Source of the DNA: Candidatus Omnitrophota bacterium
Lineage (GTDB): Bacteria > Omnitrophota > Gorgyraeia > Aquiviventales > Aquiviventaceae
Direction of reading: 5' to 3'
Assembly (NCBI GenBank): GCA_023247215.1
Contig: JAHFGX010000001.1
Location: forward strand, 36,880-100,879
DNA: 64,000 bases
Each line of letters begins with the position of its first letter. Within the stretch, counting starts at the first letter, position 1. Below are positions 9,093 through 19,076 of the stretch, in pieces. The notes beneath the pieces are model-generated. The model saw nothing but the letters and a program-made list of their open reading frames with translations, was not told the origin of the DNA and did no database searches. A program made the position numbers and the translations under genes.

Positions 9093-9843
9093 GGTGGTGC
9101 TGGTCACCGGGTCGAGCCGGGGGATTGGATTGGCGATTGCCGGCGCGTTTCTGCGCGAAGGCGCGAAGGTCGCTATTACCGGCCGCGACGGCGCGGCGCT
9201 TAAAACGGCGGCCGCGGCGCTCGCGAAGCAGCACGGCCGTTCGCGGCTCCTGGCGATGCAAGGCGATTTGAGCCATCCGGACGGCATCCGCGCCGCGCTG
9301 CGCCAGACGGTCCAGCGGTTCGGGGGGCTGGATGCGGTCGTAGCCAACATCGGCAGCGGGACCGGCCGAACCGGATGGCGATGGAGCGTTGAGGAATGGG
9401 AATCGTCCTTGAACACCAATCTGGTCGGCAGCATGGCGGTGGCCAGCGCGGCCTTGCCGCACCTGCTGAAGCGGAACGGCAGCCTCACCTTCATTTCCTC
9501 TATTGCGGGCCGGGAGGCGCTGCGCGCGCCCATCAGCTACGGCGCGTCTAAAGCGGCACTGCAGCATGCGGCCAAGCAGCTCTCGCAGGCAGTCGGGCCA
9601 GGCGGGGTGCGGGTCAATGTGGTGGCGCCGGGCAATATCTATTTCCCCGGCGGCGCGTGGGACCGCAAGATGACAGAGGAGCCGAAGCGGTGGCAGTCGT
9701 ACCTCAACACTGAGGTCCCGCTGCGGCGTTTCGGGAAAGCCGATGAGGTGGCGGATGCGGTGGTGTTTCTCGCTTCCGCGCGGGCGGCTTTCATCACCGG
9801 CGCCTGCCTGGTGGTGGATGGAGGGCAGACGCGCGCATGTTAG
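9070..9843 (+). CDS. SDR-family oxidoreductase (short-chain dehydrogenase/reductase)
   Basis: TGSSRGIG NAD(P)-binding motif, catalytic YGASK (YxxxK), and NIGSG. 23-bp overlap with the upstream gene. Confidence 0.8.
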   Translation: MDLRLRGKVVLVTGSSRGIGLAIAGAFLREGAKVAITGRDGAALKTAAAALAKQHGRSRLLAMQGDLSHPDGIRAALRQTVQRFGGLDAVVANIGSGTGRTGWRWSVEEWESSLNTNLVGSMAVASAALPHLLKRNGSLTFISSIAGREALRAPISYGASKAALQHAAKQLSQAVGPGGVRVNVVAPGNIYFPGGAWDRKMTEEPKRWQSYLNTEVPLRRFGKADEVADAVVFLASARAAFITGACLVVDGGQTRAC

Positions 9844-11054
9844 TCTCCGCGCCGCCAGCAATGAAGCGCGCTGCGTCACCGGCGCCATCACCCACACGGC
9901 GGCGCTGGGCGCGCGCCGCGCTGAGTATGGTTTCGCTGCTGATGATAGAACTTTTGTCGATGAGCGTCTTCGCGATCCGCGGGGAGCTGAAAGGGGAGCT
10001 GGCGTTTCATCCGTTGTTCCGTCCGTTTCGACTCACGTCGTCCACGTTTGGGGAGGAGCGGTTTCTCTACGATCCGTTTCTCGGCTTTCGGTACCGTCCG
10101 AACACCACCTATGGCAGACTGTCCATTAATCAGTTCGGCTTCATTGATAACGGCTCGCCGTTTCCCGACCTGTCCCACAAGGCCGCCGGCACCCAGCGCA
10201 TTCTCATCCTTGGAGGTTCGACGGTGGCCGGCAGCGGGGCCTCCTCCAACGCCACTACCATCCCGGCGCAGCTGGAACGGATGCTGAACGCCCGGGGCGG
10301 CCGGTATGAGGTCATGAACGCCGGGGTGGATGGGTACACCTCGTTTCAGGAGTTGGGCTATTTTCAGTCCACGCTCTATCGGTACAGCCCAGACCTGGTG
10401 ATCTTTTACGACGGGTGGAACGATTTCGCCTACCCGTCCTGGGCTGGCGGGTACCAGAATGCGTACCAGCAGGAGCGTTGCTGGCCGAATGGCCACGAGT
10501 ATGCGTTGTACCTGCTCACCGTCTTCTCCGATGGCCAGGCCACAATGCGCCATCTCCTGAACACCAGTGTCTTGGTCAGCAAGTTCTACACCACGCGCCT
10601 GCTGCAGAAAGCCTACCGGCGGATGGGCGGGCGCGTCATGACCGAAACCCTGAATGTCAGGACCCTGCCGGGCAAAATCGTGCTGCCTCCGGAGGAGGCG
10701 GCGCGCCGCTGGCTCGACATGGTGGAAAACGCGGTGGCGGCGGTCTCAGGGCGAGGTGTGCCGATCATCTACGCCTTGCAGCCGACGGTGCTGGACAAGA
10801 TGTCACTGACGCCTGAGGAGGCGCGCATTGTCCCGCCCATGCCGCGCGCGCAGATCCAGGCCTACTACGCGCAGAGCCGGGCCGGGTTCGAACGGCTGGC
10901 CTCGAAATACCATGGGCCGAACGTCGCCATGGTGGATTTCTCACCCACGATATGGCGGGGGGTGCAGCAGACCGTGTATCTCGATCCGTGCCACACCAAC
11001 GATGCCGGCAACGAGCTGATCGCCCGTCGGCTGGCCACCTATGTCAAGCCGTGA
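9837..11054 (+). CDS. Membrane-anchored protein with partial SGNH/GDSL-hydrolase-like motifs; putative glycan O-acyl esterase/transferase
   Basis: N-terminal TM helix. SGNH-like blocks I and III are recognisable: ILILGGSTVAG and DGWNDFAY. The later residues I treated as blocks V (DxxH) and catalytic are a doubtful reading. The true start may be a later Met (about 9858). Confidence 0.5.
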   Translation: MLVSAPPAMKRAASPAPSPTRRRWARAALSMVSLLMIELLSMSVFAIRGELKGELAFHPLFRPFRLTSSTFGEERFLYDPFLGFRYRPNTTYGRLSINQFGFIDNGSPFPDLSHKAAGTQRILILGGSTVAGSGASSNATTIPAQLERMLNARGGRYEVMNAGVDGYTSFQELGYFQSTLYRYSPDLVIFYDGWNDFAYPSWAGGYQNAYQQERCWPNGHEYALYLLTVFSDGQATMRHLLNTSVLVSKFYTTRLLQKAYRRMGGRVMTETLNVRTLPGKIVLPPEEAARRWLDMVENAVAAVSGRGVPIIYALQPTVLDKMSLTPEEARIVPPMPRAQIQAYYAQSRAGFERLASKYHGPNVAMVDFSPTIWRGVQQTVYLDPCHTNDAGNELIARRLATYVKP

Positions 11055-12141
11055 CGAGCTATTGTTGACGGCCGCCACAGCAGCCGGGACGCCTCAGAGT
11101 GATGGGGCGTGTCCCGTGTGCTCGGCGCAGCCGGAAACGCCTGTCAGGCTGTCGTACCTGGAGCAGGATTTCAACCATGTGCCGCCGGCTGAAAATCCGT
11201 TCTCCGGACGCACAGTGCTCGTTTGCCAGCAGTGCGGGTTTGGCTGGGCTGATCCGCCGGCGGCATGGGACCGCCTCCAGGCGTTTTACCGGTTGGTGTA
11301 CCGGCATGTTGGTTCCGTGAATGTGGATGCCGTGGACACCTCGACCTTCACCGGCCTTGGGCCGCTTGATCCCCGCGCGGTGGCTCATGTGCTGCTGGCC
11401 AAGATGTTCACAACGCTTGCCGCAGGTGATGCGGCGCTCGATATCGGTCCGGGCCAGGGAGGCAGCTTCCACGCATTGGCCCGACTGGCCCCAGGCATGA
11501 CGCATTGGGCCTTTGAGGCAGACCGCGTGGCCGGCCGGTTTTTGCAGCAGAAGCTCAACGTGCAGGTCATTCCGGAAATGTTTCGCCCGGGCATGGCCGC
11601 GCAACCGGCGTGCGGCATGCAGCGCTTTAAGCTCATCATCATGTCCCATGTGGCCGAGCATTTTAATGGCACCGACGCCGTCGCGGTGTTTCAGGAGGCG
11701 CGGACGCTGCTGGCTCAGGATGGCGTGCTGGTGTGCGAGGTGCCGCACAACGATTGGCGGCGCTACGCCGGGATGCGCCGCAATGATTCCCCGCACCTGG
11801 CCTTTTTCAGCGCCGAGGCATTGAGGCAGGGGTTGATCCGGGCTGGATTCGCCGTCAAATTTCTCGACACCTGCGGCCAGCGATACGATATCTGGTGGGC
11901 GGCTACGTCCGCCGCTCCGGGATATGGAACCCACAAGGAGCGCCCGCCGCGAAGCGCATGGATCAAACGGCTCTATAAATCGCTGCCGGGGCGCATGCCA
12001 CGAACGGTGGAGCGATGGGCGAACGATGCCTTGCTGTTGCGGGGGCAGATGGACCGCATGTGGCGCTCTGACGAATTGAATTATGGCGGGGAACGAACCT
12101 GTTTACGAGTGGTGGCGGCCCATGCCGACAACAACCAGTAA
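11041..12141 (+). CDS. Class I SAM-dependent methyltransferase with N-terminal Cys4 zinc ribbon (sugar C-/O-methyltransferase-like)
   Basis: CPVCS ... CQQCGF zinc ribbon, then SAM motif I LDIGPGQGGS and a D/E acidic loop. Same architecture as TylC3-type C-methyltransferases. Confidence 0.6.
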   Translation: MSSRDELLLTAATAAGTPQSDGACPVCSAQPETPVRLSYLEQDFNHVPPAENPFSGRTVLVCQQCGFGWADPPAAWDRLQAFYRLVYRHVGSVNVDAVDTSTFTGLGPLDPRAVAHVLLAKMFTTLAAGDAALDIGPGQGGSFHALARLAPGMTHWAFEADRVAGRFLQQKLNVQVIPEMFRPGMAAQPACGMQRFKLIIMSHVAEHFNGTDAVAVFQEARTLLAQDGVLVCEVPHNDWRRYAGMRRNDSPHLAFFSAEALRQGLIRAGFAVKFLDTCGQRYDIWWAATSAAPGYGTHKERPPRSAWIKRLYKSLPGRMPRTVERWANDALLLRGQMDRMWRSDELNYGGERTCLRVVAAHADNNQ

Positions 12142-12991
12142 ACGGCCTTCGGCTCGCGCACAAGGACGGCGCCTTTTCGATCTGACCGGCCGTGTGGCGG
12201 TCATCACCGGAGGCGCCGGTCTGCTCGGGGTGAAGCACGCCGAGGCGATTGCCGAAATGGGCGGCCTGCCTGTGCTGTGCGATGTGCGCGGTGAGGAGGC
12301 GGAGCGCGCCGCCGCGCGGATCGCCAAGCGCTATGCGGTCCGGGCGTTAGGCGTGCGTGCCGACATTACCGATCCGCGGCAGGTGGCCACGCTGCGGGAC
12401 CGCACCCTCTCCTCCTTTGGGCGCGTGGACATTTTGATCAACAACGCCGCGTGCAATCCGGCGGTGACGGCGGCGGGCCGCAATGGACCAGCATGGTCGC
12501 GGCTGGAGCAGTTTCCGTTGAAGGCATGGAACCGCGACGTCGCGGTCGGGTTGACCGGCGCGTTTTTGTGCAGCCAGGCGATCGGCGGCGCCATGGCCCG
12601 GCGCGGGCGCGGCGTGATTTTGAACATCGCCTCGGACCTCTCGGTGATCGCCCCGGACCAGCGGATCTACCGGCAGCCGAAGCGGGCTGCGGCTCAGCAA
12701 CCGGTGAAGCCCGTGAGCTACTCGGTCGTCAAAACCGGCCTCCTTGGCCTCAGCCGGTATCTGGCCACCTACTGGGCGGCGCAGGGCGTGAGGGTGAACA
12801 CGCTGTCCCCGGGCGGCGTGGCTGCGGATCAGCCTGAGGAATTCGTCCAGCGCCTTTCACAACTCATTCCTCTGAAGCGCCTGGCGCATCCTGATGAGTA
12901 TAAAGCGGCGGTGGTGTTTCTGGTGTCGGATGCCTCCTCGTACATGACGGGCGCGAACCTCGTGATGGACGGGGGGAGGAGCTGCTGGTGA
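12122..12991 (+). CDS. SDR-family oxidoreductase
   Basis: VAVITGGAGLLG, NNAA, YSVVK (YxxxK). Alternative GTG/ATG start at 12083. Confidence 0.75.
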   Translation: MPTTTSKRPSARAQGRRLFDLTGRVAVITGGAGLLGVKHAEAIAEMGGLPVLCDVRGEEAERAAARIAKRYAVRALGVRADITDPRQVATLRDRTLSSFGRVDILINNAACNPAVTAAGRNGPAWSRLEQFPLKAWNRDVAVGLTGAFLCSQAIGGAMARRGRGVILNIASDLSVIAPDQRIYRQPKRAAAQQPVKPVSYSVVKTGLLGLSRYLATYWAAQGVRVNTLSPGGVAADQPEEFVQRLSQLIPLKRLAHPDEYKAAVVFLVSDASSYMTGANLVMDGGRSCW

Positions 12992-14919
12992 AACCGAGCG
13001 CCGGGTTCTTCGAAACCGCGCAGGAGCTGGATCAGCTGCGCGCGTGGTCGGCGCAGACCAACACCGAGCTGATGCTGGTGGCGTTGACGCCGGAGGCGGA
13101 TGCCGCCGCAGAGCAGCGGGGGCTGACGTATCACAGCATTGAAGATTTGTACATGGAAGAGGATCTGGTGGTGCGCGGTTTGGCGCAATTTGAGATCTTG
13201 GAGCGGTTCTGCGATGCGGTGGACGAGGCGCTTCACGCCAATGCCGGGCCAGTCTCCGAGGTCCGCCATTTTTCACTCCGATATGAGTTTCAGTTTCTCA
13301 AAATGATTATGGACGCGTTGCTGCATCGGACGGCCACGCTGGCGTCGGCTCTGGAGACGCTGGCCCCCCAGGCGGTGGTCTATTGCCGTTATCCGTCGGA
13401 TGTGGTGCCGGCCGGTCGCTGGGCCATTCCATCTTCCGTCTCCCGCTGGCTGCTGCCGTTCGTTGCGGAACAGCGAGGTTGCCAGGCGATCGGCCTGACC
13501 GTTGCTGCCCGGCCGCCGGCGCGGTTTCCCGGCATGGCAGCGCAGTTGAAGCGGTGCGTCAGAAGCGCTTCGGCTCGCGCCATAGGGCTGGGGCGATGGT
13601 TGCGGCGCCACCATGCGGCTCTTGTCGGCGCATCCCGGCCCCCTGGGGTGCGGGGCTCACAAGAGGCGACCCTCGTGTTGACGGGTTTGTGGTCGGATCG
13701 GGATGCGCTGCAGGCATGGCTGGCCGAAGGCGGCCGCCTGATACATTGGCGGACATTAGTGAGGCGCGTGGCATCGCCGTCCCCCGATGCTGCCGCCGAT
13801 GCTGAGCTTGAGGCGGTCGTCGAGCGCTGCTGGAATGCGCTGAGACACGATGCCGAGGTGCGAGCGTTGTTCAGGATTGACGGCGTGGATCTCGCCCCGC
13901 TGGTCGAGCAGCCGCTCCGCTCGTTGTTCGCGGATCTCTTGTCCAGGCATTGCCGGATTTCGCGCCGGATGGATGCGGCCTTCAAGACGGTCAGCCATCC
14001 CATTGTCCTTGGATCAACCTTCGTCCGGGTTGAAGAGGTGGCGTGTGCCGCGGCTGCCCGCCGGGCAGGGATCCCGGTGATTGCGTATCAGCATGGAGGG
14101 TTTCTTGGGTATGTCGATTTTCCGATGCAGCGGTTTTGCGACATGGGGCTGCCGGACTATTACCTCAGTTACGGAAGGGGTGTTTCGGAAGCCATGGAGC
14201 GGTTCTCCGGGCAGACCATCCCTGTGACCATTGGCTCTTCGGATCTTGATCGCTTGATGACCGCGCATCGGAAGCCCGGCCGCCGCCCGGGCCGGACGGC
14301 CGTGTATGTGGTGACGCTGCTCATGGGCGACCGGCGCTATTTCACTCTCCATGCCTATCCGGATATCCAGTATTGGCGGCTGCAGCGGCAGGTAATCGAG
14401 CGGTTGAGCCACGCCGACATCGAGTTGATCGTGAAGCTGGACCCGCGCGATATGGTGCCCAATCCTCTGAAGTCATGGGCCCGGCGGCAGCGCGTGAAGC
14501 GGTGCCGGTTCGTGCGGGATGTGTCGTTTGCCGAGGTGCTCGGCCGGGGAGACCTGATCATCATCGACAGCCCCTCGACCACGCTGCTGCAGGCGCTGGC
14601 GACGCATAAGCCGGTGATCGCGTTCGCGGATCGCCGCTTCATTCATTTCACGCCGGAGGCGACCGGGTTGCTCAGAAAGCGCGCGGTTTTTTCCACCACG
14701 CCGGAAGAATTTTTTCGGGACATCGATGCGGCTGTGCACACCCCGTCGTGGGGACCGGTCTCGCCGGTAAACGATGAGTTCCTCAGCCGCTATGGCACCC
14801 ATGAGAACGATGGCGGCTCGGCGCGCCGCGCCGCGCAGGCGCTGTGGGACATCGCGCGCCACCCGCGCGATGCACGGGGGGAGCAGGCACCAGCGGCATT
14901 CACGAGCGTCGGAGGATAA
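12988..14919 (+). CDS. Large TagF/KpsC-like transferase (CDP-glycerol glycerophosphotransferase / capsule-polysaccharide-synthesis superfamily), 643 aa
   Basis: C-terminal block DLIIIDSPSTTLLQALATHKPVIAF resembles the D-x-LITDYSS ... KPxIxF signature of TagF/KpsC/KpsS-type transferases. The N-terminal 350 aa has no recognisable motif. GTGA overlap start. Confidence 0.4.
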   Translation: MKPSAGFFETAQELDQLRAWSAQTNTELMLVALTPEADAAAEQRGLTYHSIEDLYMEEDLVVRGLAQFEILERFCDAVDEALHANAGPVSEVRHFSLRYEFQFLKMIMDALLHRTATLASALETLAPQAVVYCRYPSDVVPAGRWAIPSSVSRWLLPFVAEQRGCQAIGLTVAARPPARFPGMAAQLKRCVRSASARAIGLGRWLRRHHAALVGASRPPGVRGSQEATLVLTGLWSDRDALQAWLAEGGRLIHWRTLVRRVASPSPDAAADAELEAVVERCWNALRHDAEVRALFRIDGVDLAPLVEQPLRSLFADLLSRHCRISRRMDAAFKTVSHPIVLGSTFVRVEEVACAAAARRAGIPVIAYQHGGFLGYVDFPMQRFCDMGLPDYYLSYGRGVSEAMERFSGQTIPVTIGSSDLDRLMTAHRKPGRRPGRTAVYVVTLLMGDRRYFTLHAYPDIQYWRLQRQVIERLSHADIELIVKLDPRDMVPNPLKSWARRQRVKRCRFVRDVSFAEVLGRGDLIIIDSPSTTLLQALATHKPVIAFADRRFIHFTPEATGLLRKRAVFSTTPEEFFRDIDAAVHTPSWGPVSPVNDEFLSRYGTHENDGGSARRAAQALWDIARHPRDARGEQAPAAFTSVGG

Positions 14920-14922
14920 CGC

Positions 14923-15927
14923 ATGACGTCTGAGTTTTTCGACCGGCAAGGATACGTCCTGCTCAAAGGGGTACTGAACCGCGAGCAATGCCGGTTGCTG
15001 CGGGCACGCATCCAAGACGCATTTCGCACCATTGAGGCGGCGCGGCCCGACCAGGACCTGCGCTTCCTCCCCCCGTCGGTTTCATTTTCCATTCCCGAGG
15101 TCTGGGCGTTTCCCGTTCATGAGCGGATCACGGCCGCGCTCTCGGCGATCCTGGAGCCGCGCTATACGCTGATCCCGGATCTGCAGGTGCAACGGGACAC
15201 GTTCGGGTTCGGGCAGATCAATATTCAGGGCATCCGGGTTCCGCGGTGGGGCTGGCATCAGGACACGGGGTCGGAAGGGTATCGGCCCCAGCACATGGAT
15301 CCCCGGTACCGTTTTGTGAAGTGCGGGCTCTACCTGCAGGACAACACAGCCGCCTACGGCGGCAGCGTGGACATCGTTGCGGGATCGCACCGGCTGCCCC
15401 TGCGGACAGGCGACATTGCCCGGGACTGGAAAATCCGTCAGGTAGTCGGGAAGGCCAGGATCATGCTCGAAGCCCGGACCCTGCCGATCGAAGCCGGCGA
15501 CGCGCTGCTGTTCGATTCGTACCTATGGCATGCCAGCACCCTGCCGGCCGGATGGCAGCAGCAGGTGATCCCGCGCCAGCGGGCGTTGGGCATTATGCGC
15601 CTACCGCAACCACATGAAAAATTGACTGTCTATTTCAATGCCTGCCGAGCGTTCTGCGCCGAGGCGTACATGCAGCATTCATTGGCTCGGGCCAGGACGG
15701 AGCATGCCGACGCGCTCAACGCATCTCACGCTGCCGAGCTGTTTTATTGCGACTATCTGGATCTGGGCGTGAGCGGCAACCCGCCGGCGGAATTTCTTCA
15801 TCAGGTTGAGCGGGCTGGCCTTCGCGTGGCCGCGCTTGAGGGTGCGCCATTTGAGGAAGCCGCCCGCTTGCGCCGGGAGAGCGTCATGTCAGGACGCGTG
15901 AACAACGTACTTCCGCAGACGGTGTGA
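14923..15927 (+). CDS. Phytanoyl-CoA dioxygenase (PhyH) family Fe(II)/2-oxoglutarate-dependent oxygenase
   Basis: WHQDTGSE (H-x-D) and LWHAS distal His with PhyH-like spacing; 334 aa. Confidence 0.6.
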   Translation: MTSEFFDRQGYVLLKGVLNREQCRLLRARIQDAFRTIEAARPDQDLRFLPPSVSFSIPEVWAFPVHERITAALSAILEPRYTLIPDLQVQRDTFGFGQINIQGIRVPRWGWHQDTGSEGYRPQHMDPRYRFVKCGLYLQDNTAAYGGSVDIVAGSHRLPLRTGDIARDWKIRQVVGKARIMLEARTLPIEAGDALLFDSYLWHASTLPAGWQQQVIPRQRALGIMRLPQPHEKLTVYFNACRAFCAEAYMQHSLARARTEHADALNASHAAELFYCDYLDLGVSGNPPAEFLHQVERAGLRVAALEGAPFEEAARLRRESVMSGRVNNVLPQTV

Positions 15928-16721
15928 TGAGGCGGCTCAAGCCCTGGCTCTATCGCCGGCTTCAAGCGCGGCGTTGGTTCCGCCAGCTCGCGACGCGGAA
16001 TTTTTCGTCCGGCCTCATCGCGCTGGGCGAGCAAAATCGCTACGGCATTCGGCCGGAATGGATCACGGTGGATGCGGACGGCGCAGATGTCAACGTCGAT
16101 TTCCGGCAGCGGCAGCCGCTGCCGTTTCCCGACGCCTCGCAGCGCGTGATCTACGCCGCGCACGTCATTGAACATCTCGGTGAGGAGATGCTTGCGTACC
16201 TGCTGTGGGAGAGCTGCCGCCTGCTGAAGCCGGGCGGTACGCTGCGCCTTGAGGCGCCGGACCTGGAGCGGGCTATCGAGGCGTACCGGCAGCGGGATCG
16301 CGCCTTTCTCGACTACTTCCGCGAGGAGTACCGCGCATCGCTGGTGGAAGGTTTGGGATTGCCGATGGCGTACACGGAAGATCATGTCGCGTTGCTCGGC
16401 GTGGCGTCCTGTTACATTGAACGGAACACGCAGATTCCCGTCTTAGCGTCCCGCGAGGAGACGGACCGCCGCGTCGGCACGCTCACCGTGGAGGAGTTCG
16501 GCCGGTGGTGCGTGTCGCTGCAGAGCCCGCAGCAGCAGCGCAGCGGTGGGCATATCACGCCCATCTATTTTGAGAAGCTGCGCCGGATGCTGACGGATGC
16601 CGGGTTTACGATGGTGCGACGTGTCAGCAACGGCAGCACTCATGTCGCCGGGCTGGCGCTGCGTGGGGTGGAACGTCCGCATCGGGCCTGCTACTCGCTG
16701 TATGTCGAGGCCGTCAAATGA
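15924..16721 (+). CDS. Methyltransferase-fold protein (Methyltransf_11/23-like), possibly degenerate with no clear Gly-rich SAM motif
   Basis: VIYAAHVIEHLGEEM ... LLKPGGTLRLEAPD resembles the post-motif-II region of class I methyltransferases. An N-terminal GxGxG is not evident. Confidence 0.4.
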   Translation: MMRRLKPWLYRRLQARRWFRQLATRNFSSGLIALGEQNRYGIRPEWITVDADGADVNVDFRQRQPLPFPDASQRVIYAAHVIEHLGEEMLAYLLWESCRLLKPGGTLRLEAPDLERAIEAYRQRDRAFLDYFREEYRASLVEGLGLPMAYTEDHVALLGVASCYIERNTQIPVLASREETDRRVGTLTVEEFGRWCVSLQSPQQQRSGGHITPIYFEKLRRMLTDAGFTMVRRVSNGSTHVAGLALRGVERPHRACYSLYVEAVK

Positions 16722-18238
16722 TGGAAGGTGACGATCCCAGCCTCTGGCTATCGTTCCGGCCGCTGCTCCGCTATTCGTTCACGTTATCCGGAGCGGCGCT
16801 GCTGAGCGTGGCCATCCAGTTTCCGCTGGGCATTCTCATTGCCCGGCAGATCGGGCCGCGCTTGTTAGGCATCGTCGGCTTGATCGGCTTGTGGCAATTT
16901 TACGCGGCGCTCACCAAGCCCGGCATCTATAGCGCGGCGCAACTGGAATTATCTGCCCTCCTGGCCCAGGGCAAAACCGAGGAGGCCCGAACCGTGCAGA
17001 ATCTCGGCATCACGGGAGAAGGCCTGACCGTGCTCATCGCTGCGGTAGGCATGGCGGTTGCCGGCCTGCTGACGGCGGACCCCCTGCTGCGGGCCGGTCT
17101 GCTGGTCGGGGCGGTGGTGTTCGTTATCTCCCAGGCCGGGGATTTTTCGACCGGCATCCAGCAGATGCATCAGCGATTTGGTTTGGTGGCGAAAGCCACG
17201 GCGGTGTCGGCGGTGGTGTCCGCCGGTTTCGTGCTGCTGACCCTGCCGTGGCTCACGATGTACACGCCGCTGCTCAAAATCGCCGTCGCCGCGTGCGCCG
17301 CCATGGCGGTCTACCGCTACGGGGCGCCCCCGCTCGGATTCCGCTGGCGGTGGGATCGGCAGCAGATGTGGCGGCTGTTCATGGTCGGCATTCCGCTGTC
17401 GATGGCGAATATTTTCTATTTGATCTTTCGGGCGATTGATCAGACCGCGGTTGCGATGTCGCTGCCGCTGACGGAGGTCGGGTACTTCACCTTTGCGAAA
17501 CAATGCGTCTGGGGGGGAGTGATGCTGGGCGCCAGCCTGCCCGTGGTGCTGCAGGCGAAGCTCTGGGCCGGATTGGGCCGCGCTGGGGATCCCCAAACGC
17601 TGGGGCCGCAGATCAGGCAGGTGACCGTGTGGCTGTTTTTGCTGACGTGCGCCATGGTGACGTGTGCGCAAGCCAGTTTCGGCGCCATGGTCCATTGGTT
17701 CGCGCCCGCGTATGCGCCGTCTGTTGAGACGTTTGAACTGCTGGCGTTCCTGATGGCCTGCGGATTGGTTCAAAGCATCCCGATTTATGTGCTGACGTCG
17801 GCCACGGTGAACCGGCGGCGGCTTCCCACGGTGCTGTGGGGCGCCGGCGTGCTGCTCAGCCTGGCATTGACCACAGCCGCGGTGCGGGCGGGCTGGGGCC
17901 TGCGCGGCATTGCGCTCGCCAGCGTGATCGCGCAAACGGTCATTTCCGCCCTGTTTGTCTTCTCCATGCAGCGGCATGTCTGCGCCGGATGGCGCGATCG
18001 GCTCTCGCTGAATGGGGCGTTGCTCGGGTTATTGGCGGTGACCGTGGGACTGTATGCCGCGTATCACCTGGCGCCGCTCGCCTATGCTTCGCCTCGGCCG
18101 ATGGCCGTGACCTTCAGCCTGCGGCTGGCTGCAGCCTGTGTGGTGTGGGCGGCGGTGGGAGGGGCTGTGCTGCTGCGCGGCCGGTCCCGTTCTGTTGTCG
18201 TGGCCGATCGCGAACTGGCGGGAGCCGAGCTCTCATGA
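16718..18238 (+). CDS. wzx: Polysaccharide (O-antigen/EPS) flippase, MOP superfamily Wzx-like
   Basis: About 12-14 predicted hydrophobic helices across 506 aa. Typical Wzx location between sugar-synthesis and transferase genes. ATGA overlap. Confidence 0.7.
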   Translation: MMEGDDPSLWLSFRPLLRYSFTLSGAALLSVAIQFPLGILIARQIGPRLLGIVGLIGLWQFYAALTKPGIYSAAQLELSALLAQGKTEEARTVQNLGITGEGLTVLIAAVGMAVAGLLTADPLLRAGLLVGAVVFVISQAGDFSTGIQQMHQRFGLVAKATAVSAVVSAGFVLLTLPWLTMYTPLLKIAVAACAAMAVYRYGAPPLGFRWRWDRQQMWRLFMVGIPLSMANIFYLIFRAIDQTAVAMSLPLTEVGYFTFAKQCVWGGVMLGASLPVVLQAKLWAGLGRAGDPQTLGPQIRQVTVWLFLLTCAMVTCAQASFGAMVHWFAPAYAPSVETFELLAFLMACGLVQSIPIYVLTSATVNRRRLPTVLWGAGVLLSLALTTAAVRAGWGLRGIALASVIAQTVISALFVFSMQRHVCAGWRDRLSLNGALLGLLAVTVGLYAAYHLAPLAYASPRPMAVTFSLRLAAACVVWAAVGGAVLLRGRSRSVVVADRELAGAELS

Positions 18239-18278
18239 GCCGGGCGACGGTGGCCGCCACGCTCCATCAGTGAGGCCC

Positions 18279-19076
18279 ATGGAACGCTTGTTCTTCCAAC
18301 GCGAATGGCAGCGCATTTCGCTGAAACCGCTAGCTTCGGCCTCTGCCGCGCCGGTGGCGGACCGCGGCGTCTATGCCACCTTCTATCGGCAATGGACAGC
18401 GGACGGCCAGGCGCTGGCTCCGGAATGGGTGGCGGTCAAGCGCCGCATCGGGGAGTGGATTGCCGACGCGTGCGTGGCGCCTCGCGGCGCGAACGGTTCC
18501 ACATGGGTCTTATCCGTGGGGGCCGGGCTGGGATTCGTCGAGCGCGTGCTGGTGGAGCGCGGCTATCAGGTGGATGCCCTGGAGTGCGAAGCGGAATCCC
18601 TCAAGTATCTTGCCACCCATGTGGCGGGGGTGCGGGGCATGATCGGGGATGCGAGGCAGATTCCATGCCGCGACGGGTTGTATGACGTGGCGTATCTCTC
18701 AACGGTGGATTACTGTTTCGATCGGTTGGAGTACGTGCAGGTGCTGCGCGAGTTGCGCCGGGTGATGCGGCCTGAAGGCCGGGTCGTGGTCATCTGCGCT
18801 TCCAATCTATGCCTTCAAGAGATCGCGCGGCTGGCTGCCCGGCGCGTGCTGGCTCGCCGATTGGCGCGGGACCGGGAGCAGGTGCCGTGGGGGTATATGC
18901 GAACCATTGGCGCTCATCTGCGCGCAGGGCGCACCGCCGGATTGGCGTGCGAGGAGGTATCGCTGTTCGATCAGGCGTTCCGGCTGCTCGGCACCCGCCC
19001 AGGCGCGTCCTGGCGGGCCGGATGGCCGACGTTCAATGACGCTGTGGTGGCAGTGATCTTCAGGCGCGCCGCATGA
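18279..19076 (+). CDS. Class I SAM-dependent methyltransferase
   Basis: Motif I VLSVGAGLGF, motif II acidic residue VDALE, motif III MRPEGRVV. Confidence 0.65.
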   Translation: MERLFFQREWQRISLKPLASASAAPVADRGVYATFYRQWTADGQALAPEWVAVKRRIGEWIADACVAPRGANGSTWVLSVGAGLGFVERVLVERGYQVDALECEAESLKYLATHVAGVRGMIGDARQIPCRDGLYDVAYLSTVDYCFDRLEYVQVLRELRRVMRPEGRVVVICASNLCLQEIARLAARRVLARRLARDREQVPWGYMRTIGAHLRAGRTAGLACEEVSLFDQAFRLLGTRPGASWRAGWPTFNDAVVAVIFRRAA

